From Takakia lepidozioides (lineage: Eukaryota; Plantae; Bryophyta), in the NCBI GenBank assembly GCA_030704615.1, contig CM060734.1:21080001-21144000 (forward strand): a stretch of 64,000 bases of DNA, written 5' to 3'. The notes under the pieces are model-generated. The model did no database searches, was not told the origin of the DNA, and saw only the letters and a list, made by a program, of their open reading frames with translations. The translations under genes and the position numbers were made by a program. Below are positions 35,207-48,540 of the stretch, one piece after another. Each line of letters begins with the position of its first letter. The stretch's first letter is position 1.

Positions 35207-36339
35207 GGAAGCATGTGCAAAGATATGTCATTTGGCCTTCCAATGAGATTCTGGGGCCCAAATTTTTGGATGCTCGCAAAGGAGACAACCAGTGGGATGT
35301 GCGCTTCAGTCATGTCATGAAAGGGGTGGTGTGCCACCTAAGTGGACATTGCTTCATGTTTCATCTCCCTAATCGAATGGAATGTCTATTGGACCAGTAA
35401 GTATTTGAGATAAGTTCGATGCATGGAGAAGTAACTCATCTCTGGTTTGATGGTCCTGTGCAAGATGAACAGGTTTCCTGAGTTGTGGGTTAGCTGAGTT
35501 CACGGTTATGAAAGGGGTATGGTTGCCAATAGATTATACTCATGGCCGGTTTGCTGACTTGTGTAGCATGTTTACCTTTTGATAACCTCTTTTAACCTCC
35601 CCTGAGTTTTTGTTTGACAAGTTTTCAGCTCTCAAGAGTTATTAGAGTCCTATGAAACTTTTGGCCTCGCACGAAGTTCTGTATTAGTTTTGAACTTGGA
35701 AGATCTTTCTTTATTTCAGGCTGTGCCTTTTATTCAGCGTTTGTTTCAGTGGAGAATGGAGCTTTGGTTCAGGACCAAAGATCCTGAACTAAAATTTGTT
35801 GAATAGATTCAGTAAAGCTCTTGTGAATGTGGTGCCCACTCTGATGGAGTTCTTGTGAAGCCCTCATTGCTCAATTTCCATGTGCTTCCAAATTGAACTT
35901 ATGGGTCAGCCTAGCAGGGGCAATAGTCCTCAAGGCCCACATGTCATTTTATTGGTAGTTATCAATGGCCTGTCTTTCAATACAAACCAAAGCATCACAA
36001 CAGATATCTCAAATTGACCTTTTCAATTGATTCTCAACCCCTAGAGGCTGAAGCCCTTTTTCCCTAAACTATTTAGTTTCTTGCAAACCAAAAATGTTTT
36101 CTGCTTCATGTCATACATCCCAATCTTATCTGATGCACCACAATACTAATACTAAGGGTAGACTAGAAACCTTCAATTCCCATACACATTATGATACCGC
36201 TACCTTATTCATCTTTGCTCTACTTCTATTAATTTATTATGTCATGGTTTGTGTTTTTTTTGGGGCCCTGCATGTGCAGAGCCCCTTAGGTACTAGTAAG
36301 TAGTAAGTAAGTCTCTTCCTTGCTTCGCATAAAATAGTA

Positions 36340-38379
36340 TCAGCTTTTTCGGGAGTAGTCGTCGGTGAAGACCACGAAATATCTGGATCCACTTAATGAT
36401 GGAGTTGGCAGGGGTCCTACCAAAGCAGAATGAATAAGTTCTGCAGGTGCAGATGCCCGATTATTCGAATGGCGTGGAAAACGTTCTTTGTGTTGTCTGC
36501 CGGCAAGGCAGCTCTCGGATACTATCTTCAATTTTTGGTAAGCCCAAGACCCTGTTGAGTTTGGACAAATGGCTGACTAGAATGATTATGGTGACCAAAT
36601 CTTCAATGCCATAAATCTCCGGTGCTTCCTATATCTACACTACTGATCGGACGATGAGGCTCAAATTTGTAAAGTCTGTTAATTGGATCTCTGTAGCCTA
36701 CAGCAATAATGCTCCTGTTGTCAAGATTGTCTAAAATCCAACAATGTGTATTGGAGAAAATAACAATGTTACCAGTATTGGTGATAGCCCTACTGATATC
36801 AGACTCTTTTTCAATGTCAGCACATGCAGAACATTTGTCATGTTTATATCGCCAGAATCAGTTTTCACGGTTGAGGTACCAACACCTTGGATGCTGTGAT
36901 TTTCTCCTCCAGCAGTTTTGATGTTCTTCTCTGCACTACTTTCTCCAAACTGACTTACACTTTCTCTAGAACCAGTGACATGAGCTGTGGCTCCACTATC
37001 CATATACCATGGCTGAGGAGAGTTAACGTAACCTGAGATTTTTGACAGTGCTGCATCAAGGTTCTGTACTGCGTTGGCATATGCATTATGATTAGGCTGA
37101 CCTCTTCCTACATTAAATTGCGCTAGCATATTAGGCTGGACAAAGCACTCTGCAGTAATATGACCCGCCTGGCCGCAGTTGTAACAAATAATTCGAGCTC
37201 GTCCAAAGCTTCTCCCAAATAGGTCTCTTCCGCCTCTAAAACGTAAGTTCCTTCCTCGAGAAAATCCACGTGGACGGAAACTATTTGGATTCGAGAACTG
37301 ACCTTGCAACTGTCCACCATTGAAAACTCTTGATTGAAATCTTGCAGCTCTGTTGAAATGGGCTGCCGAGGCTTCTTCATCACCTAGCTGAGATGTTTGC
37401 TGCTCCTAGCGTGCTGCTTTGGTTAACAGTTTGGCTGTTAACTGATCGAATGTAAGTACAATGTCTAGATTACACAGGGTTTGAACAAAACCCTCATAAC
37501 TCCTTGGCAAACCATTGAGTATGAGCTGACAGATGGACCTATCTGGGACATTCTCTCCTAAGGACAACAACTTCTTCAAATCTGTTGTTTTGTTGATGTA
37601 CTCTTCCATAGATCCTCCTTCTGGCGTCTTGAGCGAATGAAGCTTGTTCATCAGCATGAGTAGATGTGACTGATTGCCAGATGTGAACTTGTGACGCAAG
37701 CCATCCCATGTTTGTGCTAGATCGGTGAAAGTTGACACAAATCCTAGTAGATTATCTGCTACTGATAGTTGTATGCCTGACAAAGCAAGATTCTTTGCTT
37801 TTCTCATCGACTGCTCAGAGTACTGCGTTCCAACCACGACTACTCGAAAATTTGTAGGCTGAATATGGTTCTCAGTAAGATCCCATATATTCTCTCTCCT
37901 CAATATGGCTTTCATCTTCAGCTGCCATATGTAGTAGTTATTGATACCAACCAACTTGTTTGCTTCCCCGATTGACATGCTACCATGATTCCCCTGTGCT
38001 TCTGCCATCATGACTATTCTCTCGGATACTCAGTTTGAAGGAACAATGCTCACAACAAAAAACTTACTTTATGGAAAGAGAAAAGAAGAAAGGAGCAGTG
38101 CTCACTTTCAACACTCATTCACAAGTCTAGGAACATAGTTCACTAGAAAATAAACTATTTTCAAGGTGGACGCTCTGATACCATGTTGGCGATTGTACCT
38201 CATAAGATTTACATTCAACTGAAGAACTGTGCAACAGTCCTTGAATATATATCTAGAGTATTCCACAGAACGGTGGACACGTTCCTCCCATGGCAAGGTA
38301 TACACGTACCTTCCACAGTAAGGTGTACACATTCTTATACTAATATAAGCCTGCATTAATACTTGAACAGATATCTACA
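36340..38379 (-). mobile_element. 3'-truncated, degenerate Ty1/copia retrotransposon (5' LTR, PBS, gag, protease, start of integrase)
   Basis: PBS TGGTATCAGAGC (tRNA-iMet) at 38172-38183 lies next to the LTR end (38184; LTR start about 38379, tentative). Gag 37406..38011 (NYYIWQLKMKAIL, ILNGLPRSYE), zinc knuckle CYNCGQAGHITAEC, protease WYMDSGATAHVT, integrase start ELIHSALVGP..SRYFVVFTDDYSRK. Stops and frameshifts are present. Confidence 0.9.
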
Positions 38380-41300
38380 ATGGTTAGTTCGATAAGCAAT
38401 GAGATGAGAGCACATAAGCTAACAATTACTTGGACCATGCTTGTAAAGCTTAAATTAGATCTGGACACAAGAGCCCAAAGGGCACTAAAGCAAGAAGAGA
38501 AACAAGAGAAGCAAGAGAACCAGAGAAATCAAATGAAAATGGTGCTTTAGAAGAAAGTAACTTCATAGTGTCCATGTTAAAAGCTCATCAAAGAGCTTAT
38601 GGGTCAAAGTAAAGCATGATCTATGCAAGGAAAACAAGGTGTAGTGCACCCAAGCATTGCGCCAGAACATACATCGTTGTCCAACCACACTTCCTAGCAT
38701 ATAGTCCTAGAAAGCTATGCCACAATGAAAAGAGATGAGAAATGAGAGAAGAAGAATGCAATGGAAACTCTCTTTGCATGAAACCACATCACACCAAGAG
38801 CACACATAAACCTCCAAATACAATCCTACTCTATCACTCTATAATAGTCAAGCCAATGGCACCTTAGCTTAAAGGAATCCACCATACAACACTCCCGCAC
38901 ACTCCTACTCGTGAACTAGAGCTGTGCAGGTGAGAGAGGCTCGGAAGGCTCAACTAGAAGAAAGACGGTGGGATGCCAGGAGCTGACATACGCGGCAATG
39001 AGTGAAGAAGTCTACCTGCCACCGTAGATGTGCCACAAAAGAAGATCTGGGGTGCAATGCTCATAGATAAATTCCAGGGCATGAATAATACGACCAGTTG
39101 AGCCTGTCCTTACACCAGTAGAAATGCTCTGGTGCATTTGCTTCTGAGAGTCACTCACACCAAACCCTTTCATTAATCCACCCCTTCTTGATGGATTTCC
39201 GTTGAGATCTGCAAGTGAGAGGTATGGAGATAGAAGTTTGAACAGTTTGCACTCAGACCTTATATAGAGGTGGAAACCAAGTTGCCCGCTGGAACTCCTC
39301 CAATGGGATAGTGCGATACATTGTCTCGCGGATCGATTTCCGGCGCCGTTGATATCCGATATGGCCACAAATCGCTCGATGTAAGCTTCTATGATAAGTC
39401 GAATCTCTGGCTCATGTTGCCAAAATCTGCTGCAAATCATTTTGACCCTAGCTTCAAAAATCATACCCACCTTAGAAGTTCATGCAGAAAAGATTTTTAT
39501 CACTGCAGGACACGAGGTGGATGACACTGGTAAATTCCAAAGCATTACATTGCTTGTGCCGATTGGCAGACATGTTAAAAAAATGAAAGCATACTTTGCA
39601 GCTGCGAGATCTCTACCGATCTTCGAAGGCAGGTTACCTAGACAGCTGCTGTCTCTTCCTCGTCTATTTCCACTAGTGACTCTGGTACTGAGGTACAAGG
39701 AGAGCTGCTAACCGAGGAAATAACATGCACTAACTTTAATGGAATGAGAGGAAGGAACCTTGTGGGAATTCCCCGTGCAAAGTAAAATGGCGGCGGTCGT
39801 TCTGGATCCGCAATGACGCCTTTGGGAGCCACTAAAGGACGTCCTTCAATCCAAGTGATGTCGTATGGTGGGCGCCACGTCCAACTGCCCGTTGGTGATC
39901 AATTCGATGATTAGTGCTGTCTCACTCTCACTGCGACTGCTGTAAAATCTGGGTGGACAAATGTAGGTGATAGTAGTGTTCGGGTGAGGTAGGCGTTCCT
40001 CTACCTCCAGATAATCTTCTAACCCACACCCAAACATTCAACACATCCAGTCAAATAGAAGATCAATAAAACTCTTTTTGCTCAAATAGGAGGTGGCCTC
40101 CACAGACCTCCGAATAGTGGGAAGATGACGATGGAAATCGATGCCTTCATCCGCGATGGTGCGACACAAAGGGCAGCACCCTAAATACGCCACTTGTCAG
40201 GCGAGATGTGCCTCTAGCGAGGATTGCACATTGAGATTCCCTAAGAAGGGAGGTTGGCAGCACCCGGGCCAACGTGTATTAAACCTGAAAAAGGAAGAGA
40301 TGGGGGCAGTGAGAGCCTTGTTCCCCAATGGCCCTACTTTGGCTGAAATCCAGTACCATCGGTACTCTTCGGCGATGTCCAGTATGCGGCCGCGCATCAA
40401 CCTGCAAACTACGATTGCATCTTCGGTTCGCACTTCGCCGGATCGGGTGCCGGAAATAACACGGTAAATACCCACCACGCATACCTCAAATGACAAGTAA
40501 AAACGATAGGCTTCCATATGATCGGTGGCCATGCTGCAGCTTCATGATTGCCATGGCGTTAGTAATTTCAATGAATACTGATCTAAACACCCTCATGCAA
40601 GAGCTTCTAATCTTCATGTGCATGGGGTTTCTCAATCTCCACCTGATGGAGTAACATCATGAATAAACAGTAAAGTATTGCATAGAAACAAATTAGGACG
40701 AGAACACATATTGTTAGTCCGTCCATAACAATTTGGAGAAGTCCTGACTATTCACTTACCTCCCGGCAGACGCACCATTTATATGACGAGCCCTGACCGC
40801 GCGCGGTCAGGGTGATGGCATATTAGTCTAGGGGGGTCGTGGTAAGTTGCGGTGTAGGTTGGGCTCACAACCGCCTACCCGACTGCGGTTAGTGCAGGGG
40901 GTCCGTGGTCGTACATGGTGGCTATGATCACTATCTAAGTCCTACCGGCAAATACTCCTCTTCACAGGGCGAGTTTGCGTTTCTAAGTCATATGGTATCC
41001 TACAATCTACTTAGTAATTGCCTTCCAAATCTTTGTGTTTCATTGTCTGATTCCTACCGCCTAGGCCCCCGAACCGCCTATAGCCGGGACATGTTTTAAT
41101 CCCTTCACAAGGCATCTGCCGAGCCTAGGAAGAAGAGGGAAAATCTTCCTCTCCCAATGCCCCTCCTTCACCGAGTGCTTAAGTTCAAGTCATCTCTGAT
41201 GGAAGGGCCAACGCTTCCTACCCCAGTGCCTAAAATACTTTGTCTTAGCAAAGGAGTGGCCAAAATACATATCATAATCCAATAGGTTCACCAAGTTCAA

Positions 41301-42779
41301 TAAGGTGGTTCTAAGCTCCTCAACTCAATAAATTCAATAAGTTTAATCAACACCCTTCAGGCTATAACGTGTACCACACGTGCATCTATCATATTTAAGC
41401 AATTTCGCAAATCAGAAATGCTGGAAAATAAAAGAATTTAAGAAAATCAGGAAAAATACCTCCCCTATGGGAAATCATGTGGGGAATCCAAAGATACCCT
41501 TGGCGCCTAAAGATGCCATTGGGAACCCTGTGGGAACCCAATGAGAACCGAGGAACACCTAGGAACCGTTCCCTGCCGCGGGGAACTGCCGCAGCCCTAT
41601 CGGATGAATGAATCTCGCTGAGAGCTCATCCCTGCCACTACATTCGTTAGTCCAGAACATGCATGCGTAAATAATAAAATAACCACTGGTGGGTCCAAGC
41701 CAGATTTCACCCCTTTACATTATTTTAAGGCGCAGGTGCGCTTTCCCTCCGTGGAAAAAGTCATCATCTACCTTGGGCTCTGACACAAAGGCGCACTGTA
41801 GCCGAGTTTTTAGGACAGAGTATTTTCTCTCCTCCCTTGTCTCTCGAGGTCTCCGCCTCTAGCTCACTGCTCACAGGCCCGCTTGGCTCTCTCTTGGAGT
41901 CATAAGAACGCTCCCCTCCAAGGCTACGTCCTCCCAAAATCCTAGATTTTATCTACCACTGGCACCTTAAATAATGGCTCCTAACCCTTAGAGGGGTATA
42001 AATTGAATCTAATAGCTAAAGGTAATAATACCCCCATTTAAGGGAATTTGCAGACGTATTGCCCGCTGGGTAAAATGCCCCCGCCACGCGGCGGGGCGCA
42101 GCTCCGCGCGTACCGGTCCAAGCCGTGGACCGCTACGGTTAACGCCGGCGTCCGCCGGTCTGTCTCAGCTTTTGGTTATCCCGCGGGCAAATACCCGCAC
42201 CCTGCTCGCACGCTTCAGGGCCTCCCGCCTGAGCCACGCGGCTCATGTACTTGATCTCAATACGACTTAGGGTGAGTGCTGGGGCCCCATTCCCCGTACG
42301 TCGTGGCTGGGCCACAGCTGCCTCCACGCTTTTAGTAATCGAGTGCTTACTCTCTAGGCGCAGCACCCGGGCTCCTCCCGGGCTGCTCGTGACCTTGGGG
42401 CAGCTGCTGTCAAGCGAAATCAGCCCGCCCAAACCCCAAGACAAAAAAAAATACAACCCACCCTCCTCTAGGCCTCCATGGCTTGCTAGTGGGGGGGGGG
42501 GGGGGGATTAGCACATAGTGGCCTTATAGTGGCCTTATATCATAGATCCAGCCTACTGGCCTACCTTTGCCAGAGCTGGCTATATTTCAAATTAGTAATC
42601 AAACACAAAGATTCTTTCTTCAAACAATTCAAATACAAGCCTCTATTGGTACCCTTTCCAATAGGCTATGGGGTTCTTCCCCTTGTCAATTCTAGACATG
42701 AAATAGTGGGATTAGCTCCTCTTTTGAAGAGCCTAAATCAGATTTTCAACTTCAAGCTTTGCTTGGAAAATAAATGAAT

Positions 42780-44180
42780 CACATACATAAATGGTGAAAT
42801 GGTAAGATGGGATCAACCTTTCTATGCAAGAGTGCTTGGGATGCTCTATCGACTCAAGTAATGGTACTCTATGCGGCCTCCACTTGGGCTCTCGTCCATA
42901 AGTCCACACCAGCCCCTCCTACTCGTCCTCAAGTCACTTTCCTCTATAATGAAATTGCCCTCTTTCTTCACAAATGAAATGCCTCAAAGGCCCACAAGCT
43001 AGGCCACTTGCCTTAGCTCACAATTCTATCTAACTAGGGAGCTTCAAGCTCCACTCCCTAGGATCTAGCCTCCTCAAGCCACAAACTAACAACACTACAA
43101 CAACAAGAGGAAACTAAGCAAGAGAAGAACTAGATGAAGAACAAGAGAAGCCTTGCCCTTCTTTTATACTGTTTTTGAGCCTAATAAACTAATGGAAAAA
43201 TATTCATTAAACTATTGTTTCCTTGGAGGATCTATAATATAATATTCAACATGGATGAAAAGTCTTAGAGGCAAATAAAAGCTGGCTTTTCATCCATCCA
43301 ATTGGATGACCAGTTGGCGCGAGTTGTTATTCCATCCATTCAGCTCCTCAAGGCGAATTCCAGGATTTTTCATCCATCCAAGAAGTAGAAATGCAAATAA
43401 TAGGCCCTGTGAGTGCTGTCGACTCAATAATTTGGCCCTGCTGCTAATCAGCTCTATAAATCACCAAACTTGGTGACAAACTACAATTATATACCGCCTA
43501 TCAGCCTGTAAATTCTCAGCTCCATCGGTGGCAAAAAGTTGCACTTCTCGCCATTTGTCGTATTTTCGCTACACACAGATTTTGTGGTATTTTTGGAAAT
43601 CAAATCCCTGGTGATGGCTCTTGGGTCTTTGACCCTGCCACTGAGTCATAGGTTTTCCGGAGTCCCCTCCAGTTGTTCCGCACCGCTAACAAATCCACGT
43701 TTCACCGTTTGAAGTCGTCCTGACCTGCTGTCATTCCGATGCGACCAATTGCTTTGTTGCGATATTTCATCGCTGTACATGTCGCTTCCACCAATTGCCA
43801 AGCTCCTCGCCATGTGTTCCTACTGGACTTGAAAGGCGGGAGAAAAGAGAGATCGCAATCTAGGGCTGGAACAGTCGTCCTGTATTGTTTGAACAGGATT
43901 AACTTGTCGTTTCTGGTACCGAATTGGCAGCCTAATTTGCTGTCGATGCAGCTTCCTATGGTCATCTTGACGCCAGAGTTCCACTCCATGGTCGTCGCAG
44001 ACACTGTCTAATTTCCTACATGCTTTACCAACAATTTCCAGACAACTAACAAACTAACATGTTTTGGCAGTACAATGCCGAAACCGCTTGTCTTATGATA
44101 AAAAACGATCTGAAAAGAAAAGTGTACCAATATATGCATCTATAACCCGGGCTTGCCCAACTCGATCCCGGAGTGTCAAC
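42780..44180 (-). mobile_element. LTR-like dispersed repeat (about 1.4 kb), homologous to 59787-61130 in opposite orientation
   Basis: Shared blocks include tgtaccaatatatgcatcta, tagatgaagaacaa and taggatctagc, plus homologous pseudo-ORFs (GVKMTIGSCIDSKLGCQFGT vs GVKMTVGRCIDSELGCQFGT). A TGTTGACA start on the minus strand at about 44180 follows a short purine run. Confidence 0.6.
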
Positions 44181-47100
44181 ATCCTCCGCATCACCTGAAA
44201 TTTGATCCCGGTCCCTTCTACGATTGTGTCCGCCAGCCTGTATTGGATCAGGTGCAACGGGTCGCTCCTGACCAGGAAACCTGGGTGGAATTGGGCCCCA
44301 TTCGATCTGTGGCACCGCCTACCCATCCTCGAGGGAGACGGGTCGATGTTTCCTCACCATCGCATCTGTGTCCTGGCCCAGATGGAGTCTGAGTCCTAAT
44401 TAGGGAGTGTGAATCTTGCTTGTAGTCCCAACATTAGCTGCATAGAACTTGGAAGTCTAATATGGGGGACAAAAAATCCATTATGATGGACTCTACACTG
44501 TACACATAATTATGTGGTCCAACTGTTGGGACTTCGTGCCATGGTAAGGATACAATGACATGTCTGGACTCAAATTACAGTTAATGTTGTATTGGTAGAC
44601 ACTAGGCACCAAATGATAGTTCAGCCTTCTCAAACCAGTTGTAATGGTGTGGTGTGATAGCAGACGACGGCTTTTTGTTCCTGAGTTTGTTAGGACACAT
44701 ACTCTACAAAGTTCACATTCAGATGTTGTGGGCTTGACAATCCCATCCACCGCTGTTCCTCCTAACCCTCTCATCAGACTCAGAATTGGGGTCAGAGGGA
44801 TTTGAAACTGATGTTGGGGCCGACTCTGAGGCTGATTCTGATACAGTTGTCCTACACACTACCATAGCTGGAGGCCCCTCACTGCAAGTTTCAGCTCCTA
44901 TCTCTCATGTCACTCCACCACTTGCTACCTCCCTTGTTGCTCCACCACCATCCATTCCCGCAGTTCCAGCTCAATTTGATGGCACTGGTTCTCCATTACC
45001 TATGGTAGTATATGTACCTCCTCCTTTAGCGACAGCCCCTCAAGTTCTTGGACCAATGTTGAACCCCCTAGCTGCAGCCCTTGCCAGTCCACGTGTTTAG
45101 GCAACAGGGAAGCGTAAACGAGAACGAAAGAGATCTCGCAAGGCATTAAGTGCAAAGTATGCGAAGAAGCCCACCATCTGAGTTACTTTTTATCCTAGCA
45201 GAGCTGTTTATGAGGCCCTGGAATACCACTCCAGGCCTGTATCTTAAGGCATGTATGGCTGGTTGGTGCATTTCCAACTTGAAATGGACATATTGTGGCC
45301 CCAACCTCTACCCCATCGATGAAAGACTAGCCTTGCTTTCCTACATCCCAAAGTGGCCATGGCATAAATAAGAACTGGTACTGATAAAGAGACGAGACCT
45401 GTCCCCACAATGACAACAACGACTGGTAACGTCTTCAACAGCTTGTACCTAGTTGATATGTTTTCTTTTCTTCTTCTTAGGGCCTGCACCAGAAGAACCT
45501 GCATCCATCTTCAAGTTAGGTGGGGTCTTCACAATATTAAGGGACTTCACAACAGACCCCCGAGTGGTCAAGTTGGGAGGAGTCTTCACGGTGTTCAATG
45601 ACTTCACAACAGGCCCCCGAGTGGTCTTCACAATACCATCCCGTGGGATTGAGTTACTCTTATCATGGTGGTTCAGATCATCGTCCTCATTTGTATCCAA
45701 GGGCTCTTGCTCGACTTCTTGTGTTGGCTTGAAACCGATATATCAGTGCCAAGACACAAGCAAGATTCATAAAATAGAAACAGGGCTGAGTCTTTTTAAG
45801 CAGGTACAGGCCTGGAGTGGTATTCCAGGGCCTCATAAACAGCTCTGTCAGGGTAAAAAAATAACTCATAAACCCCTGTTTGCAGTCCATCTTATAAAAT
45901 CAAAATGATATGAGGGCCTTGCAGAATGTATGTTATCTACCAAGGCATTACAGTCTGTCTTAATAACCATCCAAGAGGTTTCATTCTAGAGCCGAATGTC
46001 AGTGCAGCCAAAGTACCAGCTGCTACATTATACCCGAGTTGAAACATAACAGAAAAGGGGCCATAGAGGAATTAGTAGATTGTTTTCTATGAAGCCTCAG
46101 GTATGCCCTACCTCCTGCCATGTAGATATGGTTGTAGAGAAACCAAAAACAAAGGTAAGGAGTAGAAGTAGATCCTCATTGGAGCCAAGTTGAAGCAGGT
46201 CTGCACCCGTATGGTGGCAGTTTTGAAGCAGCAACAGCACCCACATTTGCAAGAACAGGAAGTGCAAGCTTCAAGAAATCAAGACAAGTAAAGACCCTCA
46301 CCTATGCCCGTCCCAAAAACCACCACATAAAGATGTGTGTTAATGAGGATGCATCAAGTGAGTGGCAGGTCTTCACAGTTGCTATCCATGTCAGTGTTGA
46401 ATTCTAAAGCATGTATAGATCACAATTCAAGCAAATGTAACCTCAAAGGACCTTGAGTGTTTGCGGTATACCCTACGCCACGGCGTCCAACAGATCGTCT
46501 CCAACAGAACGCAATCAAAGGAGAAGGGTTCACAGATAGAGAAAAGCTCATACAAAATGAAAGAGCCATATGCAATTTGTAGATTAATAGGGGTAGAGTA
46601 CTTCCCAACGAGGAGTAAAAGCGCCGCTGCAAATTTAAAAGAACCATGAGGGTCTGAGCAAAGCAATCATCGCTTTGTCGCCTGCCAGAGAAGAATCTGA
46701 ATAACCGCCAATGCGCATCCCAAGAGCCAGCCATCACGGGTACCATGCAGCGGTTGGGGAGCAGATTTACACTGCACATCATCAAGGATCCCTGAAGCAC
46801 AAGTTCTGTGTTGTGAAAGGTGTCGACCTGATTAGGGCACAGATCTCCAATTTCTCATCCAGGGTGGATGAAAAGTCACGTTCTAGCAGGAGATGCACTT
46901 GTCAATGGATTACACCCGTTAAAAATGCAATTCTTAGGGTTAGGGTATAGGCTCAAGCTTAATAACTGCCATCATCTATAATAAATGATGGTAAAATTAC
47001 TATCTCTTGGATTAAAATAGGTCACCATCGTTCATGGAATTCATCGGATGAAAAAAGAGGATAAACCAAAATTTATGCACAGTAAGGGTACCATCCTACA

Positions 47101-48009
47101 ATAATTTCATCCAATTTTGGATGAAAAAAGAAATTGGGATGAAAAACCACATAACCAGCATAAAAAAGGTTAAGGCCATATAAAATCCAAAGAGTTATAG
47201 AGGGAGAGGGAGAGAGGGGGCAGAAATAAATTAAGAAGAAGGTGGAGGGGGAGGGGGGGGGGGGGGGCGGGGTGCTGTCTGAGCAGCAACAAATCCCCCC
47301 CCCCCCCCCCACATTTTGACTTTTACTTTCTGGTGGGGGGGGTTGAGAGCAGCAACGTGTTTTTTTTTTTTTGGGGGATCTGGAATCTAGAGGTTGTTTC
47401 CACGAAGGCCTAATGTCGGGTTTGCATGACAGGGCCAGGAATATGGGGAAAGAAAACAAGTACCATGCCCCAAAGAAAGCCGCGGGGAACCTGTATGCTA
47501 TCCCGGGACGTGTGACGCGGGCTGACACCTCATGAGTTACCAGCCCCATTGACAGTCGTGTCTTGAGGGTTCGCCCGCAACCTGAGCCCAATAACCCCCC
47601 TCCCATTGTCCCCGTCTTGGATGCGGCAGGGGCCGGCTCAGCCAGCTCCAGGGCCGAGTCTGATGAGAGGGGAAAACAGGCAGAAATAGGTCTAACCGGG
47701 AGGGGGGGTTGTTTTTCTACGAGTAGTGAGCACAAAAAAACATGAGCAGAACCCCAAAAAAAAAAAAAAAAATCGCATATTTATGTGAATATTCCCAGGT
47801 TTCCGACCATCTGAACCTGTTTTTCAGTGTTACAAGTGCACGATTTCCCCTCATCATAGAACAATCAAGTTAGGTTCGGATACAAAGCTAGGTTCGAGAT
47901 TTCCCCATATTTTGGGCGTCGGTGCCGACTTAGAGAGCATTTTTGCTCTTGCAAACGAGTTGGGGCAACCCCGGGAATAGGTGTTTATTCTATAAACAAC
48001 CAACATGTA

Positions 48010-48140
48010 GCCCAGCGGTAAAGGGCATATACCCTCTTACAAGTGGTTGTGGGTTCAAACCACCATGTTGGTTGTTACAAAGGTGTCCACCTTCCTACCG
48101 GAAGGCAGTAGTCCTTATGGGTCAAGTGACACCATAAGTT
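48010..48140 (-). repeat. Short fragment of the LTR-element 3' extra ORF seen at 3600-3720
   Basis: gtggttgtgggttcaaaccac..aaggtgtccacctt..ggaaggcagtag..aagtgacaccataagtt matches 3623-3719. Confidence 0.8.
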
Positions 48141-48194
48141 ACGCTTGCTTCGGCAACGCGTCCACCTTCTTTATTCTATAACCGCGGTCCAACG

Positions 48195-48540
48195 ATGTGA
48201 AGACCGCGGGTTTTTTTTTTTTTTTTGAGAAGTCGGCACAGACTTCCGGGTGTCCATTTTCAGTTTTTTTTTTTTTTTTTTTTTGGAGAAGTCGGCACAG
48301 ACTTCCGGCTGCCCATTTTCCGTTTTTTTGGCTCATTTTCCAATTGAAAAAGGCAGCCGGAAGTCTATGCCGACTTCTCAAATAAAAACAAAAAAATAAA
48401 AAATGGGCTTAAAAACGGGATTTTTTTTTTTTTTTTGAGAAGTCGGCACATACTTCCGGCTGGCCATTTTCAGTTTTTTTTTTTTTTTTTTTTTTTCCTT
48501 GAGAAATCGGCATAAATTTCCGACTGTCCATTTTCCGTTT
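48195..48540. repeat. Array of AGAAGTCGGCACAGACTTCCGG motifs in both orientations separated by poly-T/poly-A; resembles DNA-transposon subterminal repeats
   Basis: Copies at about 48228, 48287, 48438 and 48502 (+) and about 48358 (-). Related gtcggtgccgact motifs occur at 47918 and 61480-61535. Confidence 0.7.

Noticed and set aside
43702-44011. Conserved small protein shared with 59925-60210
   Set aside because: The similarity is explained by the DNA repeat; the frames are broken differently in the two copies.
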